A stretch of DNA of 64,000 nucleotides from Octopus sinensis (GCF_006345805.1 NC_043001.1:124186001-124250000); one strand, 5' to 3'. Counted from the stretch's first letter, positions 1 to 13,430 are shown. Program-made: numbers and translations. The notes: generated by a model from the sequence alone, not told the origin.

Positions 1-389
1 AATAAAAGTGTAGCAAAACGGTGGTGCCCGAGCATGGCTCGGCTGAAACCTATAAAGTGGTACGTTAATCCGATAAAAATTAAAACCCTTACAACCTTTA
101 TTTATTTATTGTTCATTTCGAAGTGGTTATATAAAAATTATCTTAGTCCCTTCATTTATTTTTGAAATGCGATTATGTACATCTTTGAAAAGGGCCAGTA
201 TCTCCCTTCGGAGAGCGACTAGAGAATCGGGACCAATTCCATTGTCTTCGATGGGGAATTTTACACAAGTATTAACTTTTAGTTTTTATATCCACGCTGC
301 AACTTTTCTTCCTATAGGTGGACAGACAGCCAGAGAGATAGATAGACACATCTATTTTTATTATATATTATATTATATTTTATTATTAA

Positions 390-428
<39 letters not shown>

Positions 429-1025
429 TCAAAGATAAACCCTATTGTGTAGTAAGTTAGTAATATCATTGGAGTGATGGATATATGCCTGTGGTATTTG
501 TTACTATTTTCTACTGGACTTATATTCGGCCGAGATCAACTTTGTCTTTCGTGCAAATGATAGCGAAATGGGTAAGATATCTTGCATTGTCGGTTCCAAC
601 AATTTTTCCTTCTAGTGACAACGATTGTAACAACATTGGTGCTAGTTTTTTCAGCCATGTCAGTAGCCTCTGCCTCGGATAAAGTTCAGGGACGAGTCTC
701 AGTAAGCGTTGCATGCACAGGCAATGGCTGATCTTCTTTAGAAAATGTTTCCTAGGCTTGCATATACATGCATATACGTGCAATATGTATATACATGCAC
801 ATAGATTACGGACTGAGGCTCTATGAGTATCGTTTGATATTATTTCAAGAAAACCTCCTCCTTTGCTGTTTGGCGCTTGGGTTTTTGTATAAGATTTACA
901 TAATTGCCACGTCTGTATTTATGCGCGTATGTATCCATAAATATAATACTTATGTGCATGACTATGTATGTATTTATGTATGTATGTTTTACTTACTCAT
1001 GTATGCATATATGTATTACTTACGT

Positions 1026-1410
1026 GGAGGCGCAATGGCCCAGTGGTTAGGGCAGCGGACTCGCGGTCATAGGATCGCGGTTTCGATTTCCAGACCGGGC
1101 GTTGTGAGTGTTTATTGAGCGAAAACACCTAAAAGCTCCACGAGGCTCCGGCAGGGATGGTGGTGATCCCTGCTGTACTCTTTCACCACAACTTTCTCTC
1201 ACTCTTACTTCCTGTTTCTGTTGTACCTGTATTTCAAAGGGGCCGGCCTTGTCACTCTCTGTGTCACGCTGAATATCCCCGAAAAGTACGTTAAGGGTAC
1301 ACGTGTCTGTGGAGTTCTCAGCCACTTACACGTTAATTTCACGAGCAGGCTGTTCCGTTGATTCGGAACAACCGGAACCCTCGTCGTCGCACCCGACGGA
1401 GTGCTTCCAA
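1026..1410 (+). mobile_element. tRNA-derived SINE, family A, full length
   Basis: A box TGGCCCAGTGG and B box GGTTTCGATTTCC; near-identical to 56365-56756(-) and 61358-61742(+); TSD ATTACTTACGT at 1015-1025 and 1412-1422. Confidence 0.92.
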
Positions 1411-1687
1411 AATTACTTACGTGTAGACGTGTATTTTCTGATATAAATATTGATCATCTTAGTAGATGAGCAGTTCATAAAATATCTGCCACAATGGCGA
1501 TCTACGGAAACCAAATGTATTTTAGAGTAGATGAGTGTTCTGGAACTTTAGTTTAGTATCACCTGGCAGCTTTGCAAATAATTTCAAATAATTTGACAGA
1601 GCGCCTAATACTCTAAGCGTCATACAAAGCACTAACAAATACACACACATATACATTTATTTATGTGTTATATATATATATATATAT

Positions 1688-1746
<59 letters not shown>

Positions 1747-1798
1747 ATATATATATATATATGTATGTATATATATATATATATATATATATACATAC

Positions 1799-1832
<34 letters not shown>

Positions 1833-2317
1833 GTATATATATATGTATATATATATACATATATATATATATACATAATTATGTGTGTATGCGTGTGTAT
1901 ACACATATAAATCCGTGCGCGTTCATGTATTTTTGTATATGTGCATCTATGTGTGTACGTATGTGTGTGCGAAGCTTAAAGTTTACCAGATCTGTCAAAT
2001 TAATACAAAAATTACCAAAGATATTACTAAAGTAAGTATTTCAGCAAGTAATTCGTTTTTTCTGCGTCACGTTTAAGAGAACTAATTACATTAGTCCTTG
2101 AACTCTCGCCTTCTCTTACTCTCTCTCTATATATATATGTATCCCAAATCGATGGTCAAAGCATTGTCTCTCTTGGTTCAGCGCTCTAAGCGAATTACAA
2201 CACCGACTTTCGCTGATTAATGCTCTAAACCAAATTGTTTATAACACGAGCGTTGACCCCCTACTTTGACCTGATCAATCTCTGTACTTCTGTTCTTTTT
2301 CTCATATGTATAAATAA

Positions 2318-2348
<31 letters not shown>

Positions 2349-2350
2349 CA

Positions 2351-2381
<31 letters not shown>

Positions 2382-3565
2382 GTACATACATACATATGTA
2401 CATACATACAGAGTGTTTCTCCCGCTGAAACATACGTCATCTTGGTTATTTTTCTCAACCTTTCAATCTTTTAACCCACACACTACTTAATTTGCTTATT
2501 CTCACTTCGGTTTGGTGTCCAAAACGTGACGATGCTAGAAACACTGGCGAAACGAACAAGACGGAAAAAATAAAACGAATAAACTTTCGTTTCACACATT
2601 TTCAATCTTATTTTTTCTTCCTTTCAGTTTTTTTGTTTGTTTTTTTTTGTTTGTTTCTGTACTTGTCTTTCACGTACTATTCCGATCACTTTCTCTATCC
2701 ATCTCTCTCTCTCTCTCTTTTTCTCTCTTTCTCTCACCATTTCTATCTTCATATCACTTTCTCATTTATTTTGTCTTGTTCAATCAATATTGTATAGTTA
2801 TGGCTTCAAACCTTTTTGCTGAATCTTCTAGTTATTATTTTATTAGGTGATGTATCTTGCTTTGTAACTTTAATAAGATACCTCGACTTTACAAGCCAAT
2901 ACTGAAACTTGTATATGGGCTGCGACCTGTTACATTATCAGCCAAATCTCATACAAATAATACCAGTCTGTCTAAGGAAAATGAACAGTACATTCGATAA
3001 TTCAGTTGAGAAGGTTCGCTTTGTCTAGAAAAAACAAAATGGCTACAGCTAGAAAGCCTATCATTGTTATTGAACTAAGCAAGAACTAGAACGATAGAAA
3101 TTAAACAAAAAGACAACACCAGACACAACAACAGCAGCAACGACACTCTGCTCTTATAAGGAGTCTGGTAAGGCATTTATTTAATTCCAGTAATTACATA
3201 TTTATCTAAGTAATGCCATGATAAAATATTTATCTAAGTAATGCCATAGTTGCAAGAAATCTCTCACTGCCAGATGCCTGAGTCAATTGCATAACCAAGA
3301 TTCTTCTTTCGTTGAACTAGTACCGAAGTTTCAGTTATTCAATCAACTGACCTAACTGTTCATCTAATCTAACATGGAATTTGCGATGTTGCTTGGCTTC
3401 TGGTTATAAATTTACTTAAATAGTGAACAAGGGAATCACAGCGCACTATCAGCATGTTGCTAACTATAACGGGAAGTTTTACGAAAATAAGCAAAAGACG
3501 AAGGGAGGTGGAGTACAAACAAACAAATGTATTAGTATGGCGCTCAGGAATAGAAATAGAACAAG

Positions 3566-3603
3566 TCTTTTAGGTTTCGAGCCTACACTCTTCGACAGAA
3601 AGA
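3566..3603 (-). ncRNA. Atypical minimal hammerhead-like motif (CUGUCGA core)
   Basis: Minus strand reads TCTTT-CTGTCGA-A-GAGT(gtag)GCTC-GAAA-CC-TA-AAAGA; stems I and II pair but conserved A6 is U. Confidence 0.4.
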
Positions 3604-4444
3604 TACACAGAAAAAAACAAGGAGAGAAAAAAATGCGTGTAGGAGCTAACGATCTATCATGGCGTCCTGACTTCGGACAGTGGTCAGACGCGAGAGGGAC
3701 AGTAGGGGAGATAACTATACCATGTTTAATTAACACATGAGTTGTATTAACACATGGGTTACTTCATAATTAGTTTGTTTCACAAACATTGCTTTTGTTC
3801 CCAATCATTCTTGCGTCCAGTGGTTTTAGAGCCCTTGACATAGCGGCTTCCTCCTTGGCTTGTCAAATTATTTGTATTTCAAGGTAAACGAATACATAAT
3901 ACGATGTCATTCCTTTTTGATTTTATCATAGGTGATGCTTTTGTTTCTTAAACCTGAAATGATTCATTGGCAAATTATATATAGCTACTATATATATATA
4001 TGTATACAAAAGAAACCAGCAAAGCAATTTTTTCTTCTTCCCTCACTCCCTTTTCTCCCTTTCCTTCTTTTTCTTTAACACATCTTTCAGATAAAAAACA
4101 CAGACACACACACATGCTCTCTCTCACTTTCTCCCCATTCATCACACTCTTGTACTATCTTATATCCCTCACCACCACTACACACTCAATAACACTATAA
4201 AATGGTCAAAACCTTTTCGACAAGAACTTAGTTCAATTTGAAAACTCCACCAGAATGGACGAAAGCGCTAAAATATGATATATGATATAAGTTATAAGAT
4301 GTATAAAAACATGTAATATACAAATAAATATCTGTAAATATATAACCATCCGAATTTCTGAGTACCTCATTTCTTCTAATATAAAATACCTGTACATCAT
4401 CTTCAAACCTTCTAATATATATATATATATATATTTATACATAT

Positions 4445-4785
4445 ATGTTCAGATGAATATAGTACTTAAGTTGAAGGCACCAGCATTTAGTATGATATTA
4501 TCCATTCAATTTAGAATAAGGTGATTATTATCAAAATAAGCAACAAGGAGATCCAGAGGTAATTCAGTGCAATCGTTTCATGCGACTCCATTTATTTGAA
4601 CAATGTAAACATTACACCAATTTAAAATGTTGAGCAATCTTCAGCTGCACAAAAATAGAGAATTTAATTAAATTCGAAAGACTCATTAGTATAATTTTAT
4701 CCAAAATCTCTAAGAGGATAAGGAGATAAACAAAGAACATGTTTTACCAACAACATCACAGTTGATATCCTTGTTGCTTATTTTG

Positions 4786-4790
<5 letters not shown>
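4445..4790 (-). mobile_element. Penelope pLTR-like fragment between (TA)n tracts
   Basis: 20-bp inverted repeat 4530-4549/4768-4787; decayed hammerhead on minus strand at 4567-4650 (GTGCAG-CTGAAGA...GAAA-CGA-TTGCAC). Confidence 0.5.
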
Positions 4791-4821
<31 letters not shown>

Positions 4822-5064
4822 GTATAGGAAAGAATGGAGCTGAACGAAGATTTAAAAAAATTCCTTTATTTTATTTTCTATACTTAATATATAAAACTTC
4901 AAATTTCCGCACTAAGGCACGGATTTTATGCCCTATGGTCGTAACTTCAACCGTGCCATTTCTGTTGTGAATTTTGCTACCCAGGTATCGGTTATCTTTC
5001 GAATTATCCGTAATGAGATACTTCATTTGTCTACTTAAATAATTATATATATATATATATATAA

Positions 5065-5110
<46 letters not shown>

Positions 5111-5247
5111 TTTTCAGTGTTGAAATATCTTCCTTTTAAATGTGAATTAATCACGTCCAAGCAATTAAATACATGCTAGCTAGTCTGGATGATATTTTGT
5201 TAGATTTCAATAAGTGGGTTATCAAATTCATTGTAGATGAAATATCA

Positions 5248-6012
5248 GTTAAGTTAAGTTACTTCTTTGGCTCAAAAAGCAAAAAAGCAAGGCCATGTAG
5301 GGGGAGATGGAGTTATGTACAGGGAGGGTGTTCGTGCAAAGAGTGCAGGCCATTTCTGGTCAAGAGAGACTTTGAACCGAGCGGTCGTCGGCATCTTCAC
5401 TATCTCGTCCGGCAGCTTATTCCACGGATCCGCAACCCGGACGGAGAAAGCCCCTCTCCTTCGATTGAGATGAAATCGTCGCAGATAGAGCTATTCGGAG
5501 TGACCCCGCAGCCGACGCTCTGGAGCAGGAGTGAAGAAGAGCTCTTTCGAGAGGTTACACTTTCCGCTTATGATGTTGAGAGCAAGAATGAGATCACCAC
5601 GGCGTCGTCGTTTTTCTAGAGAATAATGGTCGAGCGTCTTCAGCCTTTCTTCATAAGACAAATGCTTGAGTCCAAGAACCATGCGAGTAGCCAGCTTCTG
5701 GACTCTTTCGAGATGATGTATGTCTTTGAGGAGATAAGTAGAAGAGGCTTGAATCCCGTACTCCAATATGGGTCTCACCGGCGTGACATAGAGCGGTAGG
5801 AATATGGCTGCTGTGAGCATTCCGAATGACCGTCGAATCAAAAACAGAACTCCGCGTGATTTGTTGGCAGCATGGACGCACTGGGCCGAAGGCGAAAAGG
5901 AAGATTCCACCAAGATACCCAGGTTCTTTACCTGGTCGGTCCTCTCCAGCAGCAGACGACCCGGCTCGATGATAATTAAAAACAGTTGTACTTTATGGAA
6001 CCGAAACCTCAT
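5248..6012 (-). mobile_element. 5'-truncated CR1-type LINE (RT C-terminus, 3'UTR, TAAC-type tail)
   Basis: ORF 5491-6012 has VKNLGI, PLYVTPVRPILEYG, LERVQKLATRMV, SYEERLK, SLEKRRRRGDLI, typical of CR1-group ORF2 ends; 3'UTR matches 24105-24308. Confidence 0.9.
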
Positions 6013-6079
6013 TTTGGGATCTCTTTTAAAGTAAATTTCTTATATACTTCGGTAAAATATTACTCATGTATATCGGCTG

Positions 6080-7322
6080 AAAGATACAATATCTGGCCAG
6101 GAGGCTCACATGGAATGGAGCCCAATGAAACTTATTTTTCAAAATAGTTTCCCTTGTGGTCCAAATACTTCTGCCGGTACTGCAGTATTTGGATCCCATT
6201 GATCGCAAAAGCTTTCCTCTTGTTGGACAAAGAAGTCATCATTAGCATATATGATGTCGTCATTACTACGATACTGTTTCTCAGCTACGTGTTCTTTCAT
6301 GATGATGAATAGATAATTAGATGGGGTCAAATCAGGAGAATATGGATGATAATCAACCAGTTCCAGACCACAGTAGCCGCTGAAAGCAAGGACTTGTGTA
6401 CTGAAGCAGGAATCCTTTCGTCAGTTCTCTTGGGCATTTGGTCAAGATAACCTTTAGTGACCGCTTTAGCATGTTGGCATAAAACTCTTTATTGATACTA
6501 TATTCTTTTTGAGTATAGTCAATAATCACACTGCTTTTTGCATCCCCAAAATTTGAGAGCACCACATTTCCTGCAGATGAAATGATATTGGCATTCTTTA
6601 GATCAGGTGAGAAGGGGTGTTTTCATTGCTTGTGTTGTTTCTTTGCCTCTAGCTGAAAGTGATGGGTCCAATACCCATCCTGCGTTAGGAAGCGTTCAAG
6701 AAAACCAGTTGGATCTATATCAAACAATGTGAAAATTTCCCGTGATATGATCAGGCTGGTGCAAGTTTCATCGTGGAACCCGCCGAGTAGAAACCTTCGT
6801 CATGCGAAGTTCATAGTGCAAAATATTCTCAACTCTCTCACAGGATATGCAAATAAAATTGGCTGTTTGATTTATAGGCTATCACCTGTCCTCCATCAGC
6901 ATGTGCTGAAGATGATCAACGTTTTCTTCGGTAGTGGCGGTTGCAGTACGTTCAGAGCTTGTGTCTTCTTCAAGACTCCACTTCCCCTTCTAAAATCAGC
7001 CGCCCACTTTTGCACTGTTGAAAAAGCTAGAGTGTCATCCCCTAATGTAGCACGCATGTCACAATGAATATTATTGGAGATCAAACCCTTCTTCTGCAGG
7101 TACTTCATAACAACACGATAGCAAATTTAGTCAATTTTTTTCCAAGAGAAGTCACTACAAGTAACTTTTGAGGTTTCCTTTGAACAGTCAGTCGTCAGTT
7201 TACCTAGAAAGAAACAATGAAGTTATTAATAAGGGAAACTGAAATTAATGCATGCAATATTTCTCAGCTCTGATATCATTCATTCATAGTCAGTCTATGA
7301 ACTTTTCAGTCCAGTCTTGTAT
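6080..7322 (-). mobile_element. Decayed mariner transposon
   Basis: N-terminal HTH (STVQKWAADFRRG), RRVPR (decayed WVP motif), PYSPDLTPSNYLF; terminus reads TACAAGACTGGACTGAAAAGTT on minus strand; frameshifts and stops. Confidence 0.85.
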
Positions 7323-7346
7323 ACATCGTCAGTTCTCTATTAGTTC

Positions 7347-7490
7347 TATTCTTTTATTCTTTTATTTGTTTCAGTCATTTGACTGCGGCCATGCTGGAGC
7401 ACCGCCTTTACTCGAGCAAATTGACCCCGGGACATATTCTTTTGTAAACCCAGTACTTATTCTATCGGTCTCTTTTGCCGAACCGCTAAG
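7347..7490 (-). mobile_element. SINE family B, 3' fragment
   Basis: Matches the tail part of 57698-58117 (TTTCAGTCATTTGACTGCGGCCATGCTGGAGCACCGCC). Confidence 0.85.
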
Positions 7491-7730
7491 TTGTGTATTT
7501 TACGCTAAATTCTTCCTAAGAAATGTAAGAACACGGCCGCACAGGGCCGATGTGTAGGCAGAAAGGAAAAAAAATGACACGTCTTCAGTTGTAAGTCTAA
7601 GTAATCAAAGCTTTTTTGAAACACAAACATTACCAACAACAATAAGGATGACGATGCCAAGAAAAAAAAAAACAACGCCAACAATGAAAACTATGGCAAC
7701 AACAATAAAAACAACAGCAACAATTACGAC

Positions 7731-8969
7731 TATTAGGTTGTCCGGAAAGTTCCGAGCGTTTCTTAATATGCACAAAAGAATATAAATAATTGACCTTTCA
7801 ATAAATTTTATTCAATGAAATAATTTCCATTATTATTAATGACCTTTAACCATCTATCAGACAATTTAAATATTCCATCAGCATAAATTTTCACTGGTTT
7901 TGAAGAAAGAAAGTTAGCTTGATGCATTTTGATTCCATCTAAATCGTTAATTGTTTTTTTCTTGCAATGAGTTCCGGAGATTCAAAAGCAAGTGGTAGTC
8001 GGATGGGGTAAGAGATCTCAGCCAAGTTCATGTAACTTCGTTTGGGTAACCAAAGACAGACGTAGTCGGGCATTGTCTTCTTGGAACACTACCCTTTTCC
8101 TGTTAGCAATCTCCAGCCTCAATTCTTTGATTTGTTTTGTTTAAATTAGTCAGCTGACACATCAGAATTAATGGCCTGGTCTTGAGGGAGGAATTCATAA
8201 TAAATAATACCTTTATGTACCCACCAAACACAAAGCATAGCGCTTTTTGGCACGGATATTCTGCTTTACTTGCTATTTTGGGGGATCCTTACGCAAACTT
8301 TGAGATCTTTTTTGCACTACATTTCCGTACACAATCCATTTTTTTATCTCCAATAACAAGCTGTTTAAAGAATGGCATGCCTTCATTCCATGTCAAAAGC
8401 ATATCACAAACGGATACCGGTCCCAGCAACTTTTTTCTGTGATTTTGTGAGGGACCCATACATTATAGCGAGAAATGCATCCTAGCTTCACGAGGTATTC
8501 ATGAGCCGTGCTTTTAGAGACTTCCAGCTCCTCTGCTACTTCTCTAGTCGTGATACGTGAGTTTACTTCTATTTTTGCCTTCAAAGCATCGTTCAATTTT
8601 GAAGATCTTCACATCGGTTGTAATCTTCCAGGCTAAACTCTACAGCTTTAGATTTTGCAAACCACTTTCCAACAGTTGACATCACCATAAACTTAAAAAA
8701 TGTTTTTTGCATGTCTGTGCAGGATTTTCTTCTTTTCCAAAAGAGAAAAATATGACAATGCGAAAATAAAATATTGGGTTATCCAATTCAAATGTCAATG
8801 AAAGGTAACCGAAATGAAAGACAAATCTATTTTTAGGAGGAACAAAGAAGAGATGCACTACCACTTCAAGCAATGCCAAAATTTTAACTGTTTTATGTTT
8901 CAGGTGTGTTCAATGAAGCGTTATAAGATTTAGCTTAAAAGCGCTCTGAACTTTTCGGGCAAACTAATA
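7731..8969 (-). mobile_element. Full-length (~1.24 kb) decayed mariner transposon
   Basis: TIRs TATTAGGTTGTCCGGAAAGTTCCGAGCG and CGCTCTGAACTTTTCGGGCAAACTAATA with TA ends; ORF 8393-8596 has TTREVAEELEVSKSTA and WVPHKITE. Confidence 0.9.
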
Positions 8970-9073
8970 AAACAAAAAACAACATCAACAATAATAACAA
9001 CAACAATAACAACTATGCCAATAAGAGTAGAAAGAACAGTGCCAACGAGAACGATTCAAACATTGTATCAGTT

Positions 9074-9272
9074 CAGTTGTATATTTAAGAGATGAGGAAT
9101 TATGTACGTTATTTACATTATTTGCATTATTTACATTTGACGGATATTTGTCCTCATCTTGTTTGTTGTTAACACAACATTTCGGCTTATATACTCTCCA
9201 GCCTTCATCAGGTGTCAAGTGTCTTGGGGAAATTTCGAACCTGTGTTCTCATTCCTAAAGTATTTTTCGATG
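9074..9272 (-). mobile_element. Penelope pLTR-like short repeat, copy 1
   Basis: Reverse complement of 11305-11456; abuts (ATT)n; carries hammerhead motif. Confidence 0.75.
9171..9216 (-). ncRNA. Minimal type-I hammerhead ribozyme motif
   Basis: GACAC-CTGATGA-A-GGCT(12 nt)AGCC-GAAA-TG-TT-GTGTT; TG is probably CpG decay of palindromic AACGTT. Confidence 0.7.
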
Positions 9273-9284
9273 TTATTATTATTA

Positions 9285-9350
<66 letters not shown>
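9273..9350. repeat. (ATT)n microsatellite
   Basis: Direct reading; reads as a (TAA)n tail of the adjacent minus-strand LINE. Confidence 0.97.
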
Positions 9351-9352
<2 letters not shown>

Positions 9353-11095
9353 TATGTTTGACTTTTATTTTACATTTGCACAAGCTGGCTCCAAGTCTCA
9401 CTCAGAGACCTCAAGAGACAAGTTGGAAGTTCGTGTTCCCACCAGTTTTTATCATGGGACAAATCCAGGTTTTTGCAGATTACCCAGTGGATATATTGTG
9501 CAGCTCTATCATATCTGTTGAGATACTCTGTAGGCGCAAGAAGACTGCACTTGGAGACAGCATGATCAATGGTTTCATTTTGTTGTTGACATACACGACA
9601 TGTTGGGCTACTGCCGTTCTTTAATATGTTGGTCTATTAGTTCCTTGTAGGTAGGCATTAACCTTGAACTGCTATGATAAACCCATCTGTTTCAGATTTT
9701 AAGCCAGAGGACATTAGCCATTGATGGGTCAGGGCTTTGTCAACATCCGCATTATTCGCTCTCTTTGGGTAATTGCCATAGAGAGGTTTTTCTTGCCATT
9801 TATCATTCAGAATATCTTAGGCAGCAGTTTTAGTACGGGTTTTCATGCGATTAGCTTTTTCTGTGTTTGTTTCTTGCATGTCTAATTCCAAAATTTGCTG
9901 TATTCGGAATTCTCTTAGATATTCCGTTGCCTGTTTTGTTACTGAGTATGATGCTTTCTTGTTTTCATGATTTGAGAGAAGTTTTAAAATCCCATCCTCA
10001 GAGTTTTTCAAGTTTTTCAAGTTTTTCAAAGTCGTTCTATATCTGCCTTAGGGTGGTGCATTCTATGCATTGTCAACAGTTTTCGTATTTTTATGTCAAG
10101 ATTACATATTTCAGTAATTGACCAGTTAACGATATTGAAACTGTAAGTCACGACTGGTATGGCTAAAGCATTGATCGCTTCGATCCTGTTTCTCGCATTC
10201 AGCTCTGTCTTGAGTATTGTTCTTACTCTACGATAACATTCTCTCCTGATCCTTTCCTTCATCACTGAATGCCTTATTCCATCCCTTTCAATTACCCCTA
10301 GGTACTTGTAGCTATCCGCTAGGTCTAACTCTTTTATGACATTCTGCTGGTCAAGGTAAACGTTAGATGTTTCTGTCATTTTTCCTTTGATAAAGGTAGC
10401 TTTTGCACATTTATCGAGGCCATATTGCATTCTGATGCCATCACTGAATTGTTTAACAATCGTTAGTAAGCCCTTGAGTTGTTGGTCAATTTTTGCAAAG
10501 AGCTTTAAATCATCCATGTAAATGAGATGATTTGTATTTTTATCCAACTTTTTATAACTGTACTGTGCGTCATTGAACAATTTTGAGAGAGGCATTAAAG
10601 CTAAACAAAAGAGGAGTGGTGATAGTGAGTCACCCTGGAAAATGCCACATGAAATTTTTACATCACCAGCATTTAGAGATTCATCGTCACTGTTCAAAGT
10701 TAGTGTGGTTCTCCATGATCTCATACTTACAGACAAACAGTTTCGCAGAGTTGGAGTTGTTTTATACATTTCCAGGCATTTCTTAATCCAGCTATGTGGT
10801 AGGCTATCAAAAGACTTTTTTATAGTCTATCCAGGCTATTGATAAGTGTTTGTGTCTTTTGTGACAATCTTCTAAGATCATCTTATTGATGAGTAGCTGA
10901 TATTTACAACCATAGGATCCATGTTTACATCCTTTCTGTTCATTAGGGAATATGCTGCTGTCTATAAAAAACTATAGGTATATTCCGTCAGGACAGATGT
11001 TAGCGTTTTATACATAGTTGTTAAGCAGGTTATGGGTCCATAGTTTTGGGGTTCATTTGTTTCTTCACTTTTTGGAAGCAGGAATGTTAAACTAT
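9351..11095 (-). mobile_element. R4/Dong-type non-LTR retrotransposon fragment
   Basis: ORF 10026-10769 has GIFQGDSLSPLLF, HLIYMDDLKL, GLDKCA, YKYLG; downstream CRVC...H...C zinc knuckle near 9530-9605; internal deletion to the 3'UTR; (ATT)n on both sides. Confidence 0.88.
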
Positions 11096-11097
11096 TA

Positions 11098-11110
11098 ACA
11101 ATTATTATTA

Positions 11111-11143
<33 letters not shown>

Positions 11144-11148
11144 TATTA

Positions 11149-11179
<31 letters not shown>

Positions 11180-11213
11180 GTTGTTGTTGTTGTTGTTATT
11201 ATTATTATTATTA

Positions 11214-11256
<43 letters not shown>

Positions 11257-11260
11257 CATC

Positions 11261-11303
<43 letters not shown>
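11098..11303. repeat. (ATT/GTT/ATC)n microsatellite
   Basis: Direct reading. Confidence 0.97.
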
Positions 11304-11304
<1 letters not shown>

Positions 11305-11305
<1 letters not shown>

Positions 11306-11456
11306 ACAAAATCGGGAAATACTTTAGGAATGAGAACCCAGGTTCTAAATTTCCCCAAAGACACCTGATAAAGGTTGGAGGGTATATCTGTCGAAATGTT
11401 GTGTTAACAACAAACAAGATGAGGACAAATATCCGTCAAATGTAAATAATGTAAAT
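11305..11456 (+). mobile_element. Penelope pLTR-like short repeat, copy 2, with decayed hammerhead (11360-11405)
   Basis: Inverted copy of 9074-9272; core reads CTGATAA and stem II is mismatched. Confidence 0.72.
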
Positions 11457-12663
11457 GACGTATTGTATGACTTTACTACTCTTTCTTTGTGTTTTTAGCA
11501 GGAACAAAGAAGAGATGCACTACTACTTCAAGTAATGGAAACTACGTCATATGATGTTGTCGTTGATATAACGCGACCTTCAAAAAACAAGATTCTAAAA
11601 TTCATTAAATTAGTTATTAAATGAAAAGATGCGGCTGGAATGTAATAGAAAATTCTATATCGTGAGACTAAAAGTCTTTTGCTATTTAGGCGCCTGTAGT
11701 CGGCGAACTGGTTGAAGGATTAAAGCGTTGGATAGAGTACCTGGCGGTATCTGGGATCAAATTCCGATAGAGTCAGTTTTGAATTTCATACTCTCTGGCG
11801 TCTAGCAAATAGGCATAAATTGTGAGTAGTGGGCTGAGAGAACTGTTGAATAATCGGGTGATCTCTGATGCTATTTCTTCCTGATCTTTGCATTATGGCC
11901 GCAACTTTTGCGGCGAAATTGATGCCAAACTGTATCAACCCAAAATGCAGCTTTTCTTTCGGATAAATATCATTGATGTGGAGAAAGGCGAAGTGAACAT
12001 TTAGCTGCCAGCCTTCCTCAAAATATTTAACACAGGCTTGCACATGCATATACAGATGCATAACCAGACTTGACCGACAGAAACCCTATATAGTTTATCT
12101 TCTTAGTTCAATCTATGTCTGAGGTGAATTTGTATTTTGTTGCCCCGGAGTACACAAAGGCTGTGACCTGGTACTAAGTTTACAAATATTATTTTTACGC
12201 ATCGCTTAGCTTAAGCACTTGCAAACCAACAAATTGACTGTAGATCCGCACATTATTATCATATGATTCACAAAAACAGAATTTCGTTAATCATCAAAAA
12301 AATAATGAGTAAGAGCTTCCCTTGAAGCAAGTATAAAACTATAAAGATGCACAATTAACTCTCTTAACTTCATATTATCTGTACGTAATTATTGTAATTT
12401 GAAACGAGAATAATTATAATAATTACACACAAATGATATTATAAAATGAATGATGTTATGACAGCGTCCTTCCTAAAGAAAAGTGAAAACATTAATATAT
12501 GGTACTAAAAATATGTAATAATTTTTATCAGTAATAGAGGCATGCACTTATGTTATGGAAAATAGTTGATGTTTATTCTAGAGAAATTTATTCATTAAAA
12601 TTTTTTTTGGTAGATAAGTCTTCTGGTGCGTTTGAAATTTAGAAGGTGTGCGTACGATATTAA

Positions 12664-12876
12664 TTTCAAATTTTTGGCACAAGACCAGCAATTTTGGGGT
12701 AGAGTGTAAGTTGGTTTCATCAACTTCACTACTCATATGGTACTTATTTTATCGACCCCGAAAGGATAAAATGCAAAGTCGCCTTCGGCAGAATTTGAAC
12801 CCAGAACGTAAAGGCGGACGAAATGCTGCTCAGCGTTTTACCCAGCGTGATAAGTATTCTGCCAGCTCACCGCCTT
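12664..12876 (-). mobile_element. SINE family D
   Basis: Homologous to 46254-46475 and 47161-47367 (ATCGACCCCGAAAGGAT; B box GGTTCAAATTC on minus strand). Confidence 0.8.
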
Positions 12877-13149
12877 ACACTATGTCCGTACGATATTGGC
12901 ATCTATTCCAAATTGGTAATGCAACTGAAAATCGTATGAATAAATATCCAGCCTTAGAAAACATAACGAAACAAAAAAGTTTCTTTAAGAATTGAATCCA
13001 AAAGAGTGAAGTACCCCTTAACTGATTGGCACTCAACCACTGATATACCTAAGCCACTGAACCAACCAGCGTGCTGTCTCCCTTTCTGGCTTTTCTATCG
13101 CCATTGTAATGGCATCTGATCCTCGGAGTTAGCTGGTTTCGTATCTCCA

Positions 13150-13430
13150 CAGCTCCAGTACACCGACGCACCTGTTTGTCCATCACTCATTATTCTTGAG
13201 TTTAGTCCCCCATTTGTCTACATTATCCATTACACGATATATTTCTTCTTTAGAACGTTGACCATCAGGAAAATACCACTGTTTATATCTTCCCTGCATG
13301 GTGACCGGCAATAGTTTAACAGAACAACGAAAGTTTGTAAGGGCCATGGACTCTGGCCTTGCCGCTAATGAAATTTTTTTATAGATGAGGGCATTCATTA
13401 TACATCCAAAGCAGCGCATACATGATAGCA
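13150..13430 (-). mobile_element. Highly decayed RTE-like LINE 3' remnant
   Basis: Translation MQGRYKQ...GQRSKEEIYRVMDNVDKW loosely resembles the RTE C-terminal G..EGKR.RGR...W.DN motif. Confidence 0.35.

Noticed and set aside
1026-1100. tRNA gene
   Set aside because: tRNA-like head continues into a SINE body with a TSD; no complete cloverleaf
1661-2035. ORFs rich in Y/I/C/V/H/T here and throughout the window
   Set aside because: Translations of (TA)n, (TG)n and (ATAC)n microsatellites
11786-12085. Possible host exon (91-aa minus-strand ORF, AG near 12085)
   Set aside because: No recognisable domain, weak pyrimidine tract, no partner exons; needs RNA-seq or BLASTX
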